Assembly (NCBI RefSeq): GCF_902713615.1
Contig: NC_052147.1
Coordinates: forward strand, 30,802,276 to 30,866,275
Source of the DNA: Scyliorhinus canicula
Taxonomy: Eukaryota
Reading direction: 5' to 3'
DNA: 64,000 nt
This document shows, piece by piece, positions 1 through 12,879 of this stretch; position 1 is the stretch's first letter, and the number at the start of each line of letters is the position of its first letter. A program made the position numbers and the translations under genes. The notes beneath the pieces were generated by a model that was given only the letters and a program-made list of their open reading frames with translations, was not told the DNA's origin and did no database searches.

Positions 1-2987
1 AATAATTTTTGTTCAAATTTTCACAAAAAAGAAAACGATAAAGAAAATTCTAAGAACAAAAAGAACAGACCCCCCCCCCCCCCCCCCCCCCCCCCCACCA
101 CCCCGGATATACAAAAGAGAAACAATAAATTAACGCCCGTCGTTGGCAAAAAACAGATATTCAACCCAAAAGTAAAACAAAGAGACAACCCCCCCCCCCC
201 CCCCCCCCTCCCCCGGGCTGCTGCTGCTGCTGACCTTTTGTTTTTACCGTTCTGCCAGGAGATCTAGGAATGGTTGCCATCTCCTGAAAAACCCCTGCAG
301 TGTCCCCCTTAGGGCAAATTTCACCCTCTCCAATTTAATAAGCCCCACCATATCGTTGACCCAGGCCTCCACACTTGGGGGCCTCGCATCCTTCCACTGA
401 AGAAGAATCCTCCGCCGGGCTACTAGGGACGCAAAGGCTAGAACACCGGCCTCTTTCGCCTCCTGCACTCCCGGCTCCACTGCAACCCCAAATATTGCGA
501 GTCCCCAGCCTGGATTGACCCTGGATCCTACCACCCTCGATACCGTCCTTGCTACATCCTTCCAAAATTCCCCCAGCGCTGGACATGCCCAGAACATGTG
601 GACATGGTTTACTGGGCTCCCTGAGCACCTAATACACCTGTCCTCGGTCCCAAAAAATCAGCTCATCCTTGTCCCGGTCATATGAGCCCTATGCAGTACC
701 TTAAACTGTATGAGGCTAGGCCTCGCACATGAAGAGGAGGAGTTCACCCTTTCTAGGGCATCCGCCCACATCCCCTCCTCAATCTCCTCACCCAGCTCCT
801 CCTCCCATTTATCTTTCAGCTCCTCCACCGAGGCCTCGTCTACCTCCTGCATCACCTGATACACTTCCAAGATCCTCCCCTCTCCAACCCATACCCCCGA
901 GAGCACCCTGTCCTGAACTCCATGCGGTGGCAGCAGAGGGAACCCCGCCACCTGACAAACACCCTTACTTGCATGTACCTAAACGTGTTCCCCGGGGGAA
1001 GCCCAAACTTCCCCTCCAGCTCACCCAGGCTCGCAAACTTCCCGTCTATGAACAGGTCCCCCAGCCTCCTGACACCTGCCCTGTGCCAATTCAGGAACCC
1101 GCCATCAATTCTCCCCGGAACAAACCGGTGATTCCCCCGTATCGGGGACCCCATCGAGGCCCCCACCTCCCCCCTGTGCCGCCTCCATTGCCCCCAAATC
1201 TTGAGGGTAGCTGCCACCACCGGGCACGTGGTATACCTCGTCGGAGGGAGCGGCAGCGGCGCCGTTACCAGCGCCTCCAGGCTCGTGCCCACAGGATGCC
1301 ATCTCCATCCTCTTCCATGCTGCCCCCTCCCCGTCCATTACCCACTTACGCACCATTGTTGCGTTGGCAGCCCAATAATACCCACAGAGGTTGGGCAACG
1401 CCAGCCCCCCCATCCCTGCCCCGCTCCAAGAACACCCGTCTCACCCTTGGAGTCCCGTGTGCCCACACAAACCCCGTAATGCTCCTGTTAACCCACCTGA
1501 AAAAGGCCTTTGGGATAAGGATGGGGAGGTACTGGAAGAGGAACAGAAACCTCGGGAGTCTTGACTGACTGCACCCTACCTGCCAAAGACAGCGGCAACA
1601 TGTCCCACCTCTTAAACCCCTCCTCCATTTGCTCCATGAGCCTTGTGAGGTTTAGCTTATGCAAGGCCCCCCAGCTCCTGGCCACCTGAACCCCCAAGTA
1701 CCTGAAGCTCCTCTCCGCCCTTTTCAGTGGGAGCCTCCCAATCCCCACCTCCTGGTCCCCCGGGTGTACCACAAACAGCTCGCTTTTCCCAAAGTTAAGC
1801 TTATACCCTGAGAAATCCCCAAATTCCCAGAGAATCCCCATCACCACCTGCATTCCCCCCACCGGGTCCGCCACATACAACAATAAGTCGTCCGCATAGA
1901 GTGACACTCGGTGCTCCTCCCCACCCCGGACCAGCCGCCTCCAATCCTCCGACTCCCTCAGCACCATAGCCAGGGGTTCAATTGCCAGCGCAAAAAGTAG
2001 GGGGACAGGGGACAACCCTGCCTCGTCCCTCGGTATAGTCAAAAATACTCCGACCTCCTCTTAATCGTGGCCACACTCACCATCGGGGCCTCATACAACA
2101 GCCTCACCCAACTGACAAACCCCTCCCCAAACCCGAACCTTTCCAGCACCTCCCACAAGTACCCCCACTCGACCCTATCAAAGGCCTTCACCGCATCTAG
2201 CGCCACCACTATCTCCGCCTCCCCTTCCACCGCCGGCATCATAATAACGTTCAAGAGCCTCCGTATATTAGTGTTCAGCTGCCTCCCCTTCACAAACCCC
2301 GTTTGATCCTCGTGGATAACCTGCAGCACACAATCTTCTATCCTCGTGGCGAAGATCTTTGTCAACAACTTGGCATCCACATTCAGGAGTGAGATCGGCC
2401 TGCATGACCCACACTGCTGGGGATCCTTGTCTCGCTTAAGGATCAAGGAGATCAGCGCCCGAGACATCGTCAGGGGCAAAGTCCCCCCCCCTCGCGTCGT
2501 TGAAGGTCCTAACCAACAGGGGGCCCAGCAGGTCTGCATACGCCTTGTAAAATTCAACCGGGAACCCATCCGGCCCCGGCGCCTTTCCCGACTGCATGTT
2601 CCCTATCCCTTTAACCAGCTCCTCAAACTCAACTGGCGCCCCCAGACCCTCCTCCACCCTCGGGAATCTCAGCCGGTCCAAAAAGCGCCCCATCCCCCCC
2701 TTCTCCGCCGGAGGTTCAGACCGATATAGTCTCTCATAAAAGGCCCTGATGACCCCATTAATGTCTACCCCCCTCCACACCACATTTCCTCCCCGGTCCT
2801 TAACTCCACCAATCTCCCTAGCCGCATCCTGCTTACGGAGCTGGCGTGCCAGCATCCTACTCACTTTCTCCCCATACTTGTACACCGCACCCTGAGCCTT
2901 TCTCCATTGAGCCTCCGCCTTTCTGGTGGTTAACAAGTTGAACTCAGCCCGAAAGCTGCGCCGCTCCCTCAGCAATCCCTCCTCCGG
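1..2987 (-). mobile_element. 5'-truncated L1-clade LINE (ORF2 RT to 3' UTR), frameshifted
   Basis: Minus-strand ORF pieces give KAPGPDGFPVEFYK, RPISLLNVDAKLL, DQTGFVKGRQ, ALDAVKAFDRVEW and SLYADD (YADD at 1887-1898). They end in an L1-type C-terminus (HMFWACPAL...WQPFL) followed by a G-rich then A/T-rich 3' UTR. Confidence 0.93.
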
Positions 2988-5081
2988 GTGGTTTGATCCT
3001 CCATAATCACCTCTGGCACATAATCTTCAATCCTTTGGCCAGCAGCTTGGCATCGACATTGACCAGTGAGAGCGGCCTATATGACCTGCATAGCTCTGGG
3101 TGCAAGAGCACCCCTCTATCCCTTGCCTCATTGAAAACCTTGACCAGCAACGGCCCTAATATCCCCGAGAATTTCTTGTAGAATTCCACCGGATACCCGT
3201 CCGGCCCCGGGGCTTTACCCGACTGCATTGCATTCAAGAGCTCCACTATTTCTTCGGCCCTACTCGGGGCCCCCAGCCCATCCACCTGTCCATCCTTGGG
3301 TAGGTCAGTCCGTCCAAAAAGCGTCTCATCCCCTCCGGCCCCGTAGGGGGTTCCGAGCAATAGAGCCTACTGCAAAAGTCCCTGAACGCCCTGTTTAGCC
3401 CTGCCGACGCCCCTACCAAGTTCCCATCCCCATCAACCACCCTCTCTATTTCCCTGGCCGCCTCCCTCTTCCTAAGCTGCTGTGCCAGCATTCTGCAGGC
3501 CTTCTCACCATGTTCGTAAAACGCACCGCTCGCCTTTCTAAGTTGCTCCACTGCCTTGCCTATGGACAACACCCCGAACTCCGCTTGCAGCCTCCGCCGT
3601 TCCGTTATTAGCTCCACCCCCGGGGTCGCCGCATATCTCCTATCTATCTGTAGGATCTCCCTAACCAGTCGGTCCGTCTCTGCCCTATCCATCCTGTCGC
3701 TATGAGCCTGGATCGAAATCAGCTCCCCTCACACCACTGCTTTCAGCGCCTCCCAGGCCACCGCTGCTGAGACTTCCCCTGTGTCATTAACCCGCAGGTA
3801 GTTCTGCATGCACTTCCTCAGCCTCTCGCATACCGCCTCGTCCGCCAACAAGCCCACTTCCAATCTCCATTGCGGGCGCTGGAAGCTCTCCTCACTAACC
3901 TGCAGTTCCACCCAGTGTGGGGCATGATCTGAAATAGTAATGGCTGAATACCCAGTGTCCACCAGCCCCGCCAGTATATCCCAGCTCCTGGAGAACACAC
4001 TCCTTGTCCAAACATCTGTGGAACCGGACCACCATAGACCTTGGGGGGGGGGGGGGTCCTCCGGCCGCGGCTTCCTCACCATCGCCCTGTACGCCCGGTC
4101 CACCTCCAACAGTCGGGTAAAAGCCCCCTACCCCAGAAGCTTCTGAAACATACTCGCCAGAAACGCGACAACATCAGCCCTCTCAGGGAGACCGATAATT
4201 CTTAAGTTCTGCCGGCGAGCTCTATTCTCCAGGTCTTCCACCTTCTCCAGCAACCTCTTTTGCTGATCCCTTAGCATCCCCACCTCTAGCTCGACCACCG
4301 TTTGGTGCTCCTCCTGGTCCCCAGCACTTTCTCCAGCTTCTGAATCGTCCGATCCTGGGCATCCAACCTGCGTTCCAGCCGATCGATCGACTCCTTTATC
4401 GGGTCAAGACAGTCCCGTTTCTGTCTGCCCTCTTGGATGACTTGCATCAGCTCCTCTGTCGATGGTTGGGCCGTTGCAGCAGGGGTCCGAACATCAGCCA
4501 TGTTGTCTTCAGCCGCAACCTCCACCCAGCCCTTGCTTATCTTTTTATATCATCCTTTTCAGTCCCTTGGGGTTCTCCATTCCAGGCACCAATGCGTGGA
4601 TCAGGAGCCAAATTATCTACGCCTTCAAAGCCAAAACTCAAAACCACCAAAAAGTCGGGGAAAAAGGTCAAAGGTCCGGCCAGAGCAGGAGCCACCAAAT
4701 AGAACAGTACAGCACAGAACAGGCCCTTCGGCCCTCGATGTTGTGCCGAGCAATGATCACCCCACTCAAACCCACGTATCCACCCTATACCCGTAACCCA
4801 ACAACCCCCCCCCCCTTAACCTTACTTTTTTTAGGACACTACGGGCAATTTAGCATGGCCAATCCACCTAACCCGCACATCTTTTGGACTGTGGGAGGAA
4901 ACTGGAGCACCCGGAGGAAACCCACGCACACACGGGGAGGACGTGCAGACTCCGCACAGACAGTGACCCAGCCGGGAACTGAACCTGGGACCCTGGAGCT
5001 GTGAAGCATTTATGCTAACCACCATGCTACCGTGCTGCCCTTTATGTGTGACTTACTCCCTCATAGCTGCCACCAGAGGTC
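2988..5081 (-). mobile_element. Second, internally deleted L1 (5' UTR, ORF1 fragments, endonuclease end, RT start)
   Basis: ORF1 coiled-coil and LENRARRQNLRIIGLPE motif at about 4180-4400. Endonuclease C-terminal ISDHAP motif at about 3920-3940. A second KAPGPDGYPVEFYKK motif at about 3175-3220. Interrupted by a SINE at 4700-5040. Confidence 0.88.
4700..5040 (-). mobile_element. HE1-like tRNA-derived SINE with CR1/HER1-type tail
   Basis: Pol III A/B-box head (GGTAGCATGGTGG...GGTTCAGTTCC) and a tail GGCCGAAGGGCCTGTTCTGTGCTGTACTGTTCTA that resembles the CR1 3' end at 41505-41565. Near-identical copies at 14930-15267(-), 48036-48380(+) and 52125-52376(-). Confidence 0.9.
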
Positions 5082-5330
5082 CCAGGCTAGGTGGATTGGC
5101 CACGCTAAATTGCCCCTTAATTGGAAAAAAAAAATGAATTGGGTACTCTAAATTTAAAAAAAAAATCTTTGAGTAGTGTCCACCTGAGAGGGCAAATTGG
5201 AACTTGATTCAATGTCTCATTCCCATTTTGGCATCGATAAACATGACTATCACCTAAATTTTGGGAGTAAATAGTATTCAGAATTGAATCTGTTCCATGA
5301 TAAACGATCAATTAAGACTGAATTGCGAGT

Positions 5331-5552
5331 GGGCAGCACGGTGGCGCAGTGGATAGCATTGCTGCCTCACGGCGCCGAGGTCCAGGTTCGATCCCGGCTC
5401 TGGGTCAGTGTCCGTGCAGAGTTTGCACATTCTCCCCGTTTGCGTGGGTTTCGTCCCCACAACCCAAAGATGTGCAGGCTAGGTGGATTGGCCACGCTAA
5501 ATTGCCCCTTAATTGGAAAAATGAATTGGGTACTCTAAATTTATTTTTAAAA
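5331..5552 (+). mobile_element. HE1-like SINE, short A/T-tailed subfamily, with 13-bp TSD
   Basis: A/B boxes, tail ...AATTGGGTACTCTAAATTTATTTTTAAAA, and TSD AAGACTGAATTGC at 5314-5326 and 5553-5565. Other copies lie near 9860, 11270, 17020, 22855, 29295, 30100, 36500, 37400, 45650, 48880, 53900 and 54740. Confidence 0.9.
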
Positions 5553-6158
5553 AAGACTGAATTGCCAACAAGAACATGTAATGAAAGTTAATAAAAGATA
5601 GATATGCTGAGGAATTTACTTTGAAAAAGGTCCTCAGTGAATCATGCATACCTCCTGAGTAAATATCATGAGTCATGCAGAGATATCATTACAAGATTAC
5701 TACTAGCCTTACAGTAGTACAATTCTTTATGCGTAAGCCTACATAGTGAATATTGCTCAACTAATTGACAAACTATTCATCTCGAAGTCTGGGTCTTTTT
5801 GACCTGATTACATGTATTTCCAGCAGGATTCATGAGATAGTGATCAGAAGCAGAAATCTTGATTCTGAAGCCATAAAGAACGCTGTTCATCTCATTGCGT
5901 CTTCTAAGCCAGCTTCATCAGAATTTTTTTTTAAAGTAATCTTTTACTCTTTACTTCATCAAGCCATAGTTCCAAAGGAATGTAGGCATCTCTGTCTATA
6001 AGAGTGAGAGATTGTAGCACGTCGTACTTGAGGGGCACCATTCCAGAACCTCAGCTTAAGGCAAGGAGGCAGGGGGTCTTCCATGAAATACCACCGTTGG
6101 TACGGAGATTGAATCCACGCATCATTCTGCAACACACCCTAACCATCTAGCCAACTGG

Positions 6159-6194
<36 letters not shown>

Positions 6195-7819
6195 ACCCCC
6201 ACCCCCCACTCTTCACTAATAGCACTCTATATCCTCATCCAACCAATATTTCCCAATCCCAGTTTCGGGATGTTTAGGTCAACTGTATTATCTCTACTGC
6301 CACCATAGATCAGGAATTAAATCTTGTCTTTTTCACTCAGCACCTAAATGCACAATTTTATGATAACACATTGAGGTATTTTAAGGAAGAATTTGCACCT
6401 TACATCCCAGGATATCACAAGGTGCTTCACAGCCAACCAAGTACCACTTCTGATCTCGAGACGCTTGCTGGAAACACAGAATCACACAATTGTTATGGCA
6501 TAGGAGGCAGCCATTCGGCCCATCAGGTCTACACCGGCTCTCCAAATGGGCAACTCACCTGGTTCCAACCTCCCGTCTTCTACCCGTAACGTCGAGAAGG
6601 ATCTTGCTTTTAATTTAACAGTCTGAGAACACTAGCCAAGTAGTCTTGCATATAAAGAATGGGACTAAATTGTGATACAGGAAGACTGATCATTTACCTT
6701 CCGACTGAAAGAAACATTTTTTGATATTTCATTCAGCAATATAAGCATACATATGTACGGTGTACTAAAACCGGAACTATGCAGTCTGTGATTGAAGGTA
6801 TTCCTATGTTATTTTAATCACTCAAACATGAGTGCACTTAAATTGAATCACTTGTAGATCAAGATGCTTGTGCTTTGAAAGTTGAACATAGAGCTTTGGT
6901 AGAATTTTGTGCAATTTGGATTGTATTGATGGTGGAAGATAACTTGAAGTTTGGGTTGAAATGCCCCCAGAGTTAGATTCAGGAGAACTTAATTAGCAGA
7001 AGTGAGGATTTAGAGGATTTAGAGGGGAGAAAGAGGAACAGATGACAGCAGAATGCATAGAATTCCAATAGAAAGAATTCCTTCAGCGCAGGAGGAGGTC
7101 ATTTGGCCCATCAAGTCTGCACCAACCCCCCAACCCTTGGCGTGCCTGTCTGTGTGGAGTCTGCACGTTCTCCCTGTGTCTGCATGGGTTTCCTCTGGGT
7201 ACTCCGGTTTCCTTCCACAGTCCAAAGATGTGCAGGTAAGGTGGATTGGTCATGTTAAATTGCCCTTGGTGTCCAAAAGAGGTTAGGTATGATTACTGTG
7301 CTACGGGGATAGGGTGGAAGTGTGGGCTTAAATGGGGTGCTCTTTCCAAGGGCCAGTGCAGACTCGATGGGCCGAATGGCCTCCTTCTGCATTGTAAATT
7401 CTATGATTCTATGAAAGAGGGTTGATCTGTAACCAAAAATCTGATTCTACATCTTTCAAACTTGTCTTCAAATTCCTGAACTTCTCTCAACATCAAGATG
7501 ACATTTTCTGCTTTGGACCACACTGGCTATACCATAAGGCCAAAATTCTGGCTGTGTCTTGCTGATCCCCTGCAACATTCAGAGTTTCTTTGGTCAATAC
7601 TGCCCTTCACCCACCACTATAACGATGACAGAGACTTCAGTCTCCAACTGAGCCTTTGTCTGGCTACTGGTTCGACTTGTTTTTTCAGTTGCAGTCTGCT
7701 CCTGGCCACATGTTACATATGCACCTGCGTATGATCATGCACAGCAGAGCTTGGCCTCTAATCATCTTGCAACACCCTTGCCATTGGACCAACGCCCACC
7801 CTGGTAGAAACATGCATAG

Positions 7820-9335
7820 TCGGCAGGTAATAACCACTGGGACTTGGAAGGTCAGGACCCTCATGGACAACCCCAACATTGATAGGCCTAAGCACCATAC
7901 TGCCAGGATAGCTTGGTAACTGGCCTCACCAACAACATTGTCACCCTAAGTCAGACATGGCGCACAGGTAAAGATGAACTAAAGGAACAAGGCTTTGGAT
8001 ATTTCTGGAAGGGCCTTACAGAAGAGGAATGACACCACCATGGGGTGGGTTTCGTCATCATAAATGAGCTTCTCTGGTACCTCAGTGACTCCCCCTGTGC
8101 GATAATCGAGCACCTCATAACAAGCACAAGACTTCAAACACACTCTTCAAACACTCGGATTCAGGGCAGGATGCTCCATCCAGCGACGCCTGGATCGCGA
8201 AACCTGATCAGCGGAAAATCACGCGGCAGCCGAAAATCATGGCTGGCGTCGTGTCCCAGACAGAATGCCATGTTCCGATCACTTGACAGCAGAGTGAATG
8301 CGTTCTTCGCTGTATACCAGCATGGGCATGCAAATTTTACATTAAATGCCATTGGCATATCATTAGCGGGACGGCACGGCATTCTCCGGGCATCCAGTGA
8401 TGCTCCATCTCCACCAGGGGGAGTTACCGATGGTGAGGTTCACTTGTGGGATTTAAATTCAGGAAACAGGCACTGCGGATGCTGAGGGTGTGCGAGGGGG
8501 TACAACAGTGTCCAACAGCACTATGTGTGCTGACAGTTGTGATGCTGGCTGGGGGCTTCTGCCAGGACTGCAGGGGAGTAGTGGGGGGTGCCTAGGAGAT
8601 GGACCTTGGGGTTGGGGTGGCTGGGCACGAACCACCATTGCTGCAGCCTGCACTTAGCACCACAGGTCGCATAGGTGCCCCCCATGGCCGTATCACATAA
8701 CAGCGTGCAATGGAATTGCACTAATTCTACGTGGCACCGGTGCTAGTCGACTAACGAGTCCTGAATTGCTTCGGGACTGGCACCGCTTTCATCAACACTC
8801 ACAATTCAGTCCCGAGGTCAGCATGTCTCTCAAACCGAGAATCCCGGCCTGGATCCTTCTCAATTACGTAATTGTTCAAGCAAAGGACCACTGAGATGTG
8901 CACATTACTTGCATCATGACAGGTACAGGCGGCTGCTGGACTGATCACCATCTGATCTACCATCTCAATCAGCCTGGTGACCAGCAGAAGCAACAGAAGC
9001 AATCTTGCAAGAAAATTAACATTGAAGGCCTCAAAGTTCCCCTCTTAGTCAGCGGTTCACTGCCAACCTCTCACCCTCCAGCGACCAGGAGCTGCAATGT
9101 GCCCATAGTGCCTGACCAACCCAAAGTGTCGCCATATCAAGCACCTTCAAAGAGGTCCTTTTGGTCTCTCTACCAGGAAAGATTGTGATTGGTCTGAGAA
9201 AAGGGACCAAGAGATACAACACCCGAGTACAAGCACAAAACTTTCATTGACTGGGAACTTCACCATGGCTCCAGAGAAAGGGATGAGTCCTACATGTGGC
9301 TGAAGGTAGAAGTGCAGCAGAAAACCTATGACAAC
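7820..9335 (+). mobile_element. Degenerate RTE-clade LINE, 5' part (endonuclease), split by later insertions
   Basis: Translations TGTWKVRTLMDNP..RP..HTARIA, GYFWKG..E...HGVGFVI and CWTDHHLI are typical of RTE/BovB-like endonuclease domains. The element resumes at 17620. Confidence 0.75.
8163..8849. mobile_element. GC-rich non-autonomous DNA element (Harbinger/Tourist-like MITE)
   Basis: Imperfect terminal inverted repeats GGGCAGGATGCTC / GAGAATCCCGGCC interrupting the RTE. The same terminal motif occurs at 12321, about 14445 and 47359-47686. Confidence 0.55.
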
Positions 9336-9339
9336 TTAC

Positions 9340-9705
9340 TTTTCAGATAGACCTGGCTCCTCCCATTAACTACATCATCTGTACTCAAAGCATAAGGTGT
9401 TCTTTTGTCTTTTCTTCAATATGTCCCTTGACTTATTTAGCCAGGACCAAACGCAATACCCCTCAAAAATTATCTACACCCCAGGGATCTTTCAAACATA
9501 AACAATATTCCATTAGCTAGCTATCTGTAAACAAGTAAATGGTTCTCAAATCTATTAGCAGAACACTTCACCTGCCTGGAAAAGCAATGATTATCTCACT
9601 TTTAGGATACCTTAATCACAGCTTTAGCAGTCAAACTGTCTGTATGCATCTTAACAAATTTTTTATAACATTACTGCAAATATATATGACAATTTCTTAT
9701 ATTGA
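9340..9705 (-). repeat. Truncated 3' LTR of the Gypsy element
   Basis: Collinear but clearly diverged copy of 17250-17610, e.g. shared CCCATTAACTACATCATCTGT and GCTAGCTATCTGTAAA.AAGTAAATGGTTCTCAAATCTAT. Confidence 0.8.
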
Positions 9706-12320
9706 TTTTTTTTTAAATGAACCATGAAAAGATGGCTTCATTTTCCAAAGCTTCTTCAACTTTAAATACCACTCCTTTTCTAAACAATACTATTACACTA
9801 AGATACATATCTTGTCATATTCATGCATGCAAATTTAAACATCAGAATAGTCCATTTCAGGGCGGCAGGGTGGCGCAGTGGTTAGCACTGCTGCCTTATG
9901 GCGCCGAGGACTTGGGTTTGATCCCGGCCCCGGGTCACTGTCCGTGTGGAGTTTGAATATTCTCCCCGTGCCTGCTTGGGTCTCAACCCCACAACCCAAA
10001 GATGTGTAGGGTAGGCGGATTGAACATGCTAAATTGCTCCATAATTGGAAAAAAAAGAATTAGGTACTTTAAATTTATTTTAAAAAGTATAGTCCAATTC
10101 AGTCCTTTTCCCCCAACTTTAAATGTTCCATTTTTCTCACATCTCAATGTCGTAATAAGGCATCTGCAATTATGTTTTCTCTTCTTGCTACTTGTATAAT
10201 TTTCAAGTTAAATGGTTCTAGAAATAAACTTTGTCTAAACAGTCTTGCATTACGATTTAGAAACTTCAATGGATTATGGTCAGTATAAACAATTGTCTCA
10301 AATGATGATTGTTAGCAACCGAAATGTCAAAATGTTACAACGCCAATACCAACTCAACGTTTACTTTTCGATGGTAAAATACTTGTTTTAAGGAACATTT
10401 TGTTTTCTGGAAAAATAACCAACAGGTCTTTCTATACCTTTGTCAGCTTGTTGTAATGTATCAATGGCCACCTTAAATTGTTGGTCATAATTCGGTGTCA
10501 CAAAAACTGATGCTGTTGTCAACAGTTTTCAGATTATCAAATGCCCCCTGACATCCAATGAAATATCCTGCTGTTTCTCAAAAGTTGTCAGTGGAGCAAC
10601 CACACTGCTAAAATTTAGCAGATTTACTGTAGAAACCATTCATGCCCAGAAATGTCAAAACTTCCTTTCTCATTGATGATATGGGGAACTTCCCAATAGC
10701 TTTTGTTTTCACGTTCCATTCAGCCATCTGACCATGTCCAATAGTATGGTCTTAAAATGTGACCTAGGCTTTTGTCGACTCACTTTTAGTCAAGTTTACC
10801 ACCAAGCCAGCCTCTTGTAGTCGATTGAACAAGTCCTTCAAATGTTCCAGTGCCCCTTCTATGTTTGACTGACCACCAGTTTGTCTATGAACACTGCACA
10901 ATTCTTTAGTCCAGAAATTACCTTATTGATTAGTCTTTGGTCTGTAGCTGGCATATTTTTCATTCCAAACATCATAACTTTAAACTAGTACAGACCATTT
11001 GGTGTTACAAAAGCCGAAACTGCCTTCGCTCTTTCAGATAAAGGTATTTGCCAGCATCCTTTCAGGAAGTAAATTTTGAGAATAAAATTTGCTTTTCCCA
11101 CCTTTTCAATGCAGTTTTCCAAAGAAGGAACAGGATATGAATCTGACTTCATTACTGCATTGACTTTCCTATGGTCTACATATAATCATTGCGCTCCATC
11201 TAGTTTTGGCACCATCACAATAGGTGAGCTCTAATCACTGCAAATCACTTCAATTATATAATTCTTTTTTTTAAATTTAGAGTAGCCAATTTTTTTTTCA
11301 ATTAAGGGGCAATTTAGCGTGGCCAATTCGCCTACCAGGCACTGCTTTGGGTTGTGGGGGTGAGAAGCACACAGACATGGGGAGGATGTGTAAACTCAAC
11401 ATTGACAGTGACCCGGGTCCAGGATCGAACCTGGGTCCTCGGCGCTGTGAGGCAGCAGTGCTAACCACTGAACCACCATGCCGCCCCCGCAATTCTATCA
11501 TTCTTAAAGATGCTTTCAATCTCCTTTTGAACCTGTGCCAACTTTAGTGTATTCAGTCTAAATGGATGTTGCTTAATTGGAACAGAACAGGTTACAGCTA
11601 CATCATGTACAATCACCTTTGTACTTCCTAGTTTGATTCCCACAAATAGTTCTATATTACTGTAATAACTCTTTCTGATTTTCCTCCGGAAGGTGACTCA
11701 GTAATTTATCCAAATTTCTTCTTACTTCCTCATTGTCCAATCTAATTTGAGGAATGTCAAATTCAGAATCTTCTCGATTTATCTCTTCTCCCTGAGTTAT
11801 AACTATTAACACAGTCTCCTACTTTCCTTCCCTATCAAAATACCTTTTGAGCATATTAACATGACACTCGAGTTTTCCTTCTGTCTGGCATTCTTATCAA
11901 ATAATTCACCTCACTCAATTTTCTTTCAATTTGATAAGGCCCACTATATCTTGTTTTAATGGTTCACCTGTCACTCGTGTTAATACTTTATTCCCACTAA
12001 CAAAACTCCGAGTTTTTGATTTCTTATCCGTCTCTTTTTTCACCACATATTAAGAAAATTTTAAATGCCAACACTAGCCAACACACGAGTTCTATTTAAT
12101 TTCTCGCTAAAGTTTGACACATATTCCAAAACTGTAGTCTCAGATCTCTGACTCACCAATTTCTCCTCAATCAAGTTAAGTGGCCCTTTTACCTCATGAC
12201 CAAAAATCAATTTGAATAGACTGAATTTAGTTAGTTCATTATGTGCATCCCTAATTGCACTACAGTTAAAATCCCTTTATCCCAATCCTCTGGATAATTC
12301 TCACTATAGGTCCTCAACAT

Positions 12321-12870
12321 GGGGCGGGATTCTCTGATCCTGGGGCTAAGTGTTGACGCAATTGTAAGTGCCAGAGCGTTTTACGACGGTGTCAACAGGC
12401 TCCTAGGATCAACGATCCTGCGCCACACGGGGGGCCAGCAAGGCACTGGAGAGCTTCATGCTAGTCCAGCTGCCGATGCAGGGGGCAGCACGAGCGCCGT
12501 GGGTCCGCATATGTGCGCTACGGCCGGCACGAGTTTGCGCATACGCGCTATGGCCAGCGTGAGTTTGCGCATGCACGTATGTTGCCTTCTCCGCACCGGC
12601 CCCAACGCAACATGGCGGAGAGCTACAGGGGCCCGGCGCAGAGGAACATAGGCTCCCACCAGGATAAGCCCACCCGCCGATCGGTAGGCCCCGATCGCGG
12701 GACAGGCCACCGTGGAGCCCCCCCCGGTGTCGGTTCCCTGCACCCCCCCCCCCAACCAGGCCGCCCCCCGCATCATGAACGGCGAGGTCCCGCCGGGTAG
12801 GACCATATGAGAACGGCGCCGGCGGGACTCACCCTAACTTGGCGGGTACTTGGTGAATCATGCGGGGAGA
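12321..12870. mobile_element. GC-rich MITE fragment
   Basis: Begins with the family terminal motif GGGGCGGGATTCTC, is CpG-rich, and has an internal 30-bp tandem repeat with GCGCAT(G/A)CGC-like motifs. Confidence 0.55.
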
Positions 12871-12879
12871 AACTATTGT

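Noticed and set aside
729-1568. 279-aa proline-rich + strand ORF
   Set aside because: It is the antisense shadow of the G-rich L1 ORF2, with no independent coding evidence.
4831-5591. Recurrent short ORFs such as GHCPCGVCTFSP / WIGHAKLPLN that look like a metal-binding gene family
   Set aside because: They are conceptual translations of HE1-like SINE copies, and frames are not preserved between copies.
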